Below, in pieces: positions 47,007 to 51,298 of a stretch of 51,298 nucleotides of DNA (positions within the stretch are counted from its first letter, which is position 1; every line of letters starts with the position of its first letter). Origin of the DNA: an uncultured bacterium (GTDB lineage: Bacteria > Fidelibacterota > UBA2242); assembly GCA_964546145.1 (NCBI GenBank), contig CAZJIU010000001.1, positions 23,132-74,429 of the forward strand. Reading direction: 5' to 3'. The notes under the pieces were generated by a model. The model had not been told where the DNA came from, did not search any database, and worked only from the letters and a program-made list of their open reading frames with translations. Both the position numbers and the translations under genes were made by a program.

Positions 47007-47813
47007 TTACGGATTATTTTGGTTTTGGTGAAAAATGTGCTTAATCATTGCCACCAAAGGCACTGATCCGGCAATTATTCCTATAGGGACTTGGGGATTG
47101 GGATGATTATAGGTTGGGATTTCTAATTTTCCATTGAGTACTCCCCCACCCGCGGCTTGAATAAGTAGGTCACCGGCACAAATATCCCATTCATTTTTCG
47201 GTTTTAAACTGATATAGAGATCGCACTGCCCGGCTGCTGTATGCGCCATTTTGTTTGCTACGCCGCCGCAGATAAGCCGCTTTTGGAACAGGTGCTGATA
47301 TTCGTTCCAGAGTCCTGCTGCAGTTTCAGAGCGACTGACACATAGGGTGGCACTTGAGAGTTCGGATTCAGTGCTGCATTGAAGTGGATTGCCATTAAGC
47401 TGACCAGCGCTGTCCTTTGCTGTCGAAAAGAGCTCCTTAGTTATCGGATTGTAGATTACGCCAACAACCGGCAGGGAATTCTCCGTCAGGGCTACCGACA
47501 CTACGAATTCCGGACGACAATTTATGAACTCCCGGGTGCCATCCAATGGGTCAACAATCCAGACGCGCCTTGTTGATAGCCTTTCCGGGGTGTCCTCAGT
47601 CTCTTCAGAAAGCCAGCCATCATCCGGAAATTCGGTGGTAAGCGTTTTCCGTAAATAATTGTCGGCTTCAACATCGGCTGTGGTAACTGGATTGTCAAAG
47701 CTTTTATCCCTGACCCGATAATTTTTCTGATAGTATTTCAGGATGATTTTACCAGCGCCGATCGCCGCCTGAATTGCCAGTTCCAGTTCAGTTGCATAGG
47801 GTGAATCTAAAAT
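47007..47813 (-). CDS. cysQ: Inositol-monophosphatase-family protein, CysQ-like 3'(2'),5'-bisphosphate nucleotidase; apparent non-canonical ATT start
   Basis: Contains WLSEETED, WIVDPLDGTREF, and WDICAGDLL. The frame is open up to an in-frame stop at 47838-47840. It encodes a typical N-terminus (AIQAAIGAGKIIL...NPVTTADVEAD) but has no ATG/GTG/TTG before the TTG at 47546, which lies inside DPLDGT. An ATT at 47813 sits 9 nt after AAGGAG. Confidence 0.7.
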   Translation of the reverse strand: MLDSPYATELELAIQAAIGAGKIILKYYQKNYRVRDKSFDNPVTTADVEADNYLRKTLTTEFPDDGWLSEETEDTPERLSTRRVWIVDPLDGTREFINCRPEFVVSVALTENSLPVVGVIYNPITKELFSTAKDSAGQLNGNPLQCSTESELSSATLCVSRSETAAGLWNEYQHLFQKRLICGGVANKMAHTAAGQCDLYISLKPKNEWDICAGDLLIQAAGGGVLNGKLEIPTYNHPNPQVPIGIIAGSVPLVAMIKHIFHQNQNNP

Positions 47814-47817
47814 GGGA

Positions 47818-48429
47818 TTAAACTCCTTTTGATAATATTACCACTTCGCAGCTGCATAAATCTTTGAATTTTTGGGCGTCGGCAAGCGAGCCGACGATAC
47901 TGCCATAATGAATCGGGACTGCAAACTTAGGGCGGATAAGCTCGGCTGCCCGGGCGGCATCGGTTGCCGACATGGTGTAAATGCCTCCAATTGGTAAAAA
48001 GGCGATATCACAAGAAAGCTTGTTCATCTCGGGAATCAGGTCGGTATCGCCAGCGTGATAATATCGAACTCCACCCATGGTAATCAAATAGCCAACATTA
48101 TTATTAGCCCGGGGATGGTAACTTTTTTGAATGTTGTAGGCTGGAACGGCCTCGATAACTACCGTATCGAAGGTTAGTGTATCTCCTATTCGGATTTTGC
48201 GAATGTTGCCTTGTAGGTAGGTTTTAATCGAAGCAGGAACCACGATTGTGGTTTTTGGGGTCCTGATTTTTTCGATGTCGGTAACCGATAGATGGTCGTA
48301 ATGGTCGTGCGTGATCAGAATCAGATCAGCCGGGTCACTTCTTTTAAGCTGGAATGGATCGATGAAAATTGTCTTTTCACCACTGATTTCGATGGATGAA
48401 TGCCCCAGCCACTTGACGTTTTCTAACAT
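47818..48429 (-). CDS. MBL-fold metal-dependent hydrolase (UPF0173-like)
   Basis: 203 aa with the ILITHDHYDHL (HxHxDH) motif, a later HAGDT motif, and a C-terminal PIHYG motif. Confidence 0.8.
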   Translation of the reverse strand: MLENVKWLGHSSIEISGEKTIFIDPFQLKRSDPADLILITHDHYDHLSVTDIEKIRTPKTTIVVPASIKTYLQGNIRKIRIGDTLTFDTVVIEAVPAYNIQKSYHPRANNNVGYLITMGGVRYYHAGDTDLIPEMNKLSCDIAFLPIGGIYTMSATDAARAAELIRPKFAVPIHYGSIVGSLADAQKFKDLCSCEVVILSKGV

Positions 48430-48573
48430 AGTACCCTCGCTTGCTGTCCTTATTCTAAGTCGCTGAAAAAGAGCCTCACAACACTCAATATTTAAGCATA
48501 ATTTATAGATATTTCAAGATAGTATATCTGATTTGATTATCATGATTAGATAAATGTTTATTTCGAAATTTTT

Positions 48574-49158
48574 ATGATTTTTTACTATATTGACACCAAA
48601 CTATTTTTTATTATGCGAGCATCCTTAATAAATGAGCTTTTGCGGGCTTTGACTGATTCCAGAACGATTAAAATCACCGGTGTTGTCCTATTTCTTAACC
48701 TGATTGTGTTTACTGCGGGTTGGTTTTATGTAGATCAATTCATATCACGCAAACCATGTGTTGTTTGCGGTAGACCGAATACCAAGCCGGTTAAGACGCT
48801 CTGGCAATATGAAGTGAAAGTGATTCCTTACTGTAAGGATGTTGTTTTGTGGTATTGTCCACTTCATATTAACGATGCACCACTGTTAGTAACCCGGATG
48901 CCTTCTTTAAAGGACACAATATTTAAGCGATATATATTAGCGGTAATCGGTGGCTTGATTCAGATGATTACCTTATTTTATGCTTTGGTCTTGATGAGAT
49001 TTGAAATTAAATATTTGGCCATCAGTCCATTGGTTATTGGTATTGCATTCCTGGTTGGAAGTACAACCTCTTCTTTAAGTTTGACTATTATATTCGCTTC
49101 AGTTGCCCTATTCCCGTTGATATTCCTCTATCTGTGGTTAAAAAAGAAAGATCATTAA
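48574..49158 (+). CDS. Hypothetical membrane protein with a Cys/His-rich loop
   Basis: 194-aa ORF (alternative ATG at 48613, MRASLINE). One TM segment, then CVVCGRP...YCKDVVLWYCPLH, then 3 TM segments. No family recognised. Confidence 0.5.
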   Translation: MIFYYIDTKLFFIMRASLINELLRALTDSRTIKITGVVLFLNLIVFTAGWFYVDQFISRKPCVVCGRPNTKPVKTLWQYEVKVIPYCKDVVLWYCPLHINDAPLLVTRMPSLKDTIFKRYILAVIGGLIQMITLFYALVLMRFEIKYLAISPLVIGIAFLVGSTTSSLSLTIIFASVALFPLIFLYLWLKKKDH

Positions 49159-49173
49159 GTTCAAGGAGGAGAA

Positions 49174-49674
49174 ATGGACCTTGATTACATTTTTCGTCGG
49201 AGGAGTATTCGTAGATATACCGATGAGATTGTAACCGATCAACAGATTAAATACATCCTTGAGGCGGCGATGGCTGCCCCATCCTCAAACAATATGAAAC
49301 CGTGGCACTTCATCGTGATTCAGGATCGTGATAAACTAAATCAGATCGCTGAGAAACACCCACATGCTAAAATGCTTGTTCAAGCGCCGTTAGCTATTGT
49401 TATTTGTGGTGATGTTGTTTATTCCCCTAAATATTGGTATCAGGATTGTGCAGCTGCTACGGAGAACATCCTGCTGGCGTTGCCGGAATTGGGACTCGGC
49501 GGAGTCTGGATTGGGTATCACCCCCGCAGCGGAGCAGATAATGTTTTAAAAGATGTTATTCCGCTTCCGGACAATATCCGCATATTCAGTCTGGTTGCAG
49601 TCGGTCATCCCGATGAAGAAAAAATTTCCCGTTCACAATATGAGGATGTTAAAATACATTACGAGGCTTGGTAA
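49174..49674 (+). CDS. Nitroreductase-family protein
   Basis: RRSIRRYTDE N-terminal signature, APSSNNMKPWHFIV, and GLGGVWIG. ATG follows AAGGAGGAG. Confidence 0.85.
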   Translation: MDLDYIFRRRSIRRYTDEIVTDQQIKYILEAAMAAPSSNNMKPWHFIVIQDRDKLNQIAEKHPHAKMLVQAPLAIVICGDVVYSPKYWYQDCAAATENILLALPELGLGGVWIGYHPRSGADNVLKDVIPLPDNIRIFSLVAVGHPDEEKISRSQYEDVKIHYEAW

Positions 49675-49692
49675 TAATCCACAAGGAGTAGC

Positions 49693-50811
49693 ATGGATCA
49701 GGCAGATATTGTCATCATTGGTGCCGGTGTAGTTGGTCTGGCAATCGCTCAACGATTATCGTACTCAAATAAAAAGGTCATCCTCCTGGAAAGACATGCC
49801 ACTTTTGGCCAGGATAGTTCTACCCGTAACAGTGAAGTTATTCATGGCGGAATGTATTATCCGACCAATAGTCTTAAAGCCGGACTATGTGTGGAGGGCA
49901 ATCGGCAACTGTACCAAATTTGCCAACAAAATGGTATTCCCCATCGCCGGACTGGCAAATTAATCATTGCTAATAGTGATGAAGAACTAAGCAATATTGA
50001 AGAGATTTACCGACAGGGACAAATCAATCGGGTGCCTGACCTGGTTATGCTTGAGGGAAAGGAAATTAAAAAACTCGAGCCACATGTCCAGGCTAAGTGG
50101 GCACTAATGAGTCCTTCTTCCGGCATCTTGGATGCTACTGCTTTAATGGGCTATTTCGAAAGCATAGCGCTCCACAATGGAGTAAAAATCCTATATGAGC
50201 ATGAGGGAATAGATCTTGAGAAATTGATTGAAAAATATCGGGTTACTGTAAAGCGATCCGATGGAAATCAGGTGAAGATTGTAACTGAAGTTTTGATCAA
50301 TGCTGCTGGGCTGAATGCCGATAAAATCGCGGCAATGCTGGGAATTGACATTGATCAGTATCACTATCGGATCCATTGGGTCAAAGGTGAATATTTTAAT
50401 ATCGATAATCGTCACCGGGTGAAAATGACTCATCTGATCTATCCCACCCCCACACCGGTAAGTCTGGGAATTCACGTACGGCTACGAATGGATGGTACCT
50501 TTGCCCTGGGACCTAATGCGATTTATGTTAATGCGATTGATTACGACGTTGATCCAGCCCACGCTAAAGAATTTTTTGAGAATTGTCACAGCTATTTACC
50601 TTTCTTGGAGCAGAGTGATCTGTCTCCCGGGATTGCCGGTATCAGGGCGAAGCTTCAGGCAGAAGGCGAATCGGCGCAAGATTTTGTAATTCGTTCTGAA
50701 GCAGACAAGGGCTTGCCCGGTTTTATCAACTTGGTGGGGATTGATTCGCCTGCCTTGACTGCCAGCGGTGCGATTGCGGAATTAGTTTGGGAAATTTTGC
50801 AGGGACTTTAG
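49693..50811 (+). CDS. FAD-dependent oxidoreductase (DAO family; L-2-hydroxyglutarate oxidase/glycerol-3-P dehydrogenase-like)
   Basis: N-terminal dinucleotide fold DIVIIGAGVVGLAIAQRL...LLERH, with SSTRNSEVIHGG typical of the LhgO/GlpA-like DAO family. 372 aa. Confidence 0.75.
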   Translation: MDQADIVIIGAGVVGLAIAQRLSYSNKKVILLERHATFGQDSSTRNSEVIHGGMYYPTNSLKAGLCVEGNRQLYQICQQNGIPHRRTGKLIIANSDEELSNIEEIYRQGQINRVPDLVMLEGKEIKKLEPHVQAKWALMSPSSGILDATALMGYFESIALHNGVKILYEHEGIDLEKLIEKYRVTVKRSDGNQVKIVTEVLINAAGLNADKIAAMLGIDIDQYHYRIHWVKGEYFNIDNRHRVKMTHLIYPTPTPVSLGIHVRLRMDGTFALGPNAIYVNAIDYDVDPAHAKEFFENCHSYLPFLEQSDLSPGIAGIRAKLQAEGESAQDFVIRSEADKGLPGFINLVGIDSPALTASGAIAELVWEILQGL

Positions 50812-50891
50812 AAGAAAATTGATAAGTATGAATTTCCCCCGATGAGTTATTCAGCATTAGTTCGGTGTGGAGAGAAAGAAATAGTGCGATT

Positions 50892-51298
50892 TTAGTTATC
50901 TGTTTGATTATCTTTTTTGAATTTTTTCCGCATTACATCGAATGTTGATAGCAGAACCGGGCCGATGAATAAATCCCCTAAGAGGGCAGTGAAAACCGCG
51001 ATACTGGACAATATCCCAAAATCGAGGAGAATTCTGGTTTGGGAGAAGATAAAAATCAGGAATCCGGTAGCTAAAACCAGGGAAGTAAAAACCAGTGCCC
51101 GGCCGACTTTTATCAGAGCAGTGCGCATGGCGATATGGATATCTCTGCTCAGACGGTATTCATGTCTAAAATGAGTGAAATAATGGATGGTGTCGTCCAC
51201 TACTATACCGATTGCTACTGAGGCAATAATTGCAGTTGCCATATTTAACCGGAAACCAGCCCAGCCCATTAATCCTAAAAGGAATACTACCGGGAAAA
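50892..51298 (-). CDS. RND-superfamily MMPL/COG1033-type exporter, C-terminal fragment (5' end outside the window)
   Basis: The frame is open to the window edge. It encodes ...FPVVFLLGLMGWAGFRLNMATAIIASVAIGIVVDDTIHYFTHF..., the last TM bundle of an MMPL/HpnN-like transporter. Confidence 0.7.
   Translation of the reverse strand, partial: FPVVFLLGLMGWAGFRLNMATAIIASVAIGIVVDDTIHYFTHFRHEYRLSRDIHIAMRTALIKVGRALVFTSLVLATGFLIFIFSQTRILLDFGILSSIAVFTALLGDLFIGPVLLSTFDVMRKKFKKDNQTDN

Noticed and set aside
47007-47546. The 179-aa TTG-start version of the CysQ-like ORF given in the ORF track
   Set aside because: That TTG is the Leu of the conserved DPLDGT metal-binding motif. The upstream ~90 codons in frame encode the rest of the conserved fold, so the short ORF is an artefact of requiring a canonical start codon.
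1-51298. Search for CRISPR arrays, transposases, integrases, phage genes, toxin-antitoxin pairs or known defence-system genes
   Set aside because: I saw no regularly spaced direct repeats. No ORF had recombinase, nuclease, reverse-transcriptase or defence-type ATPase signatures. Apart from the small AT-rich islet at 8701-9897, the window reads as core chromosome.

Overview
This is a 51.3-kb, gene-dense bacterial chromosomal window, moderately AT-rich by eye (GC not computed). I call about 52 CDS and one tRNA. I saw no rRNA, CRISPR array, transposase, integrase, phage gene or recognisable defence gene, so I cannot point to a clear new system. Every family call comes from motifs read by eye in the supplied translations; no searches were run.

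Most of the content is core housekeeping:
- Regulation and lipid/tRNA functions: a sigma54 two-component pair, plsX, queG, queA.
- Replication and repair: ssb, priA, ruvB.
- Translation: rpsF-rpsR-rplI, pth, rplY, gltX, tRNA-Gln(UUG).
- Metabolism and secretion: prs, ispE, ispF, ispD, purA, secDF, a PunA-type nucleoside phosphorylase.
- Cell wall: PBP1A.

Genes at 13069-48429 (34 CDS plus the tRNA) form one unbroken minus-strand run, with many overlapping or near-abutting stop/start junctions.

The taxon cannot be determined. A PorV/PorQ-like barrel, a PSCyt1 domain and a sigma54 activator weakly suggest an uncultivated FCB-like or deltaproteobacteria-like lineage.

The observations most worth a second look are:
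1. An envelope module translationally coupled to priA (13069-15292): an HEXXH peptidase-MA-like protein, a PorV/PorQ-like barrel and a minimal PSCyt1 CxxCH lipoprotein.
2. An overlapping gene pair (32045-34769) resembling the Helicobacter/Campylobacter peptidoglycan-trimming cell-shape enzymes Csd6/Pgp2 and Csd4/Pgp1.
3. An 8-gene glycan locus (34838-43702) directly upstream of that pair. It lies between PBP1A and the trimming enzymes, has a flippase, a FemAB-like acyltransferase and an amidohydrolase, but no priming transferase or polymerase.
4. A CysQ-like gene whose conserved N-terminus has no ATG/GTG/TTG start. It appears to initiate at ATT, 9 nt after an AAGGAG.
5. A DedA gene coupled by TAATG junctions inside the MEP-pathway genes.
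6. A P-loop kinase-like unknown gene co-operonic with a sugar-phosphate-antiporter-like MFS transporter.
7. An AT-rich islet (8701-9897) with tiny membrane ORFs.
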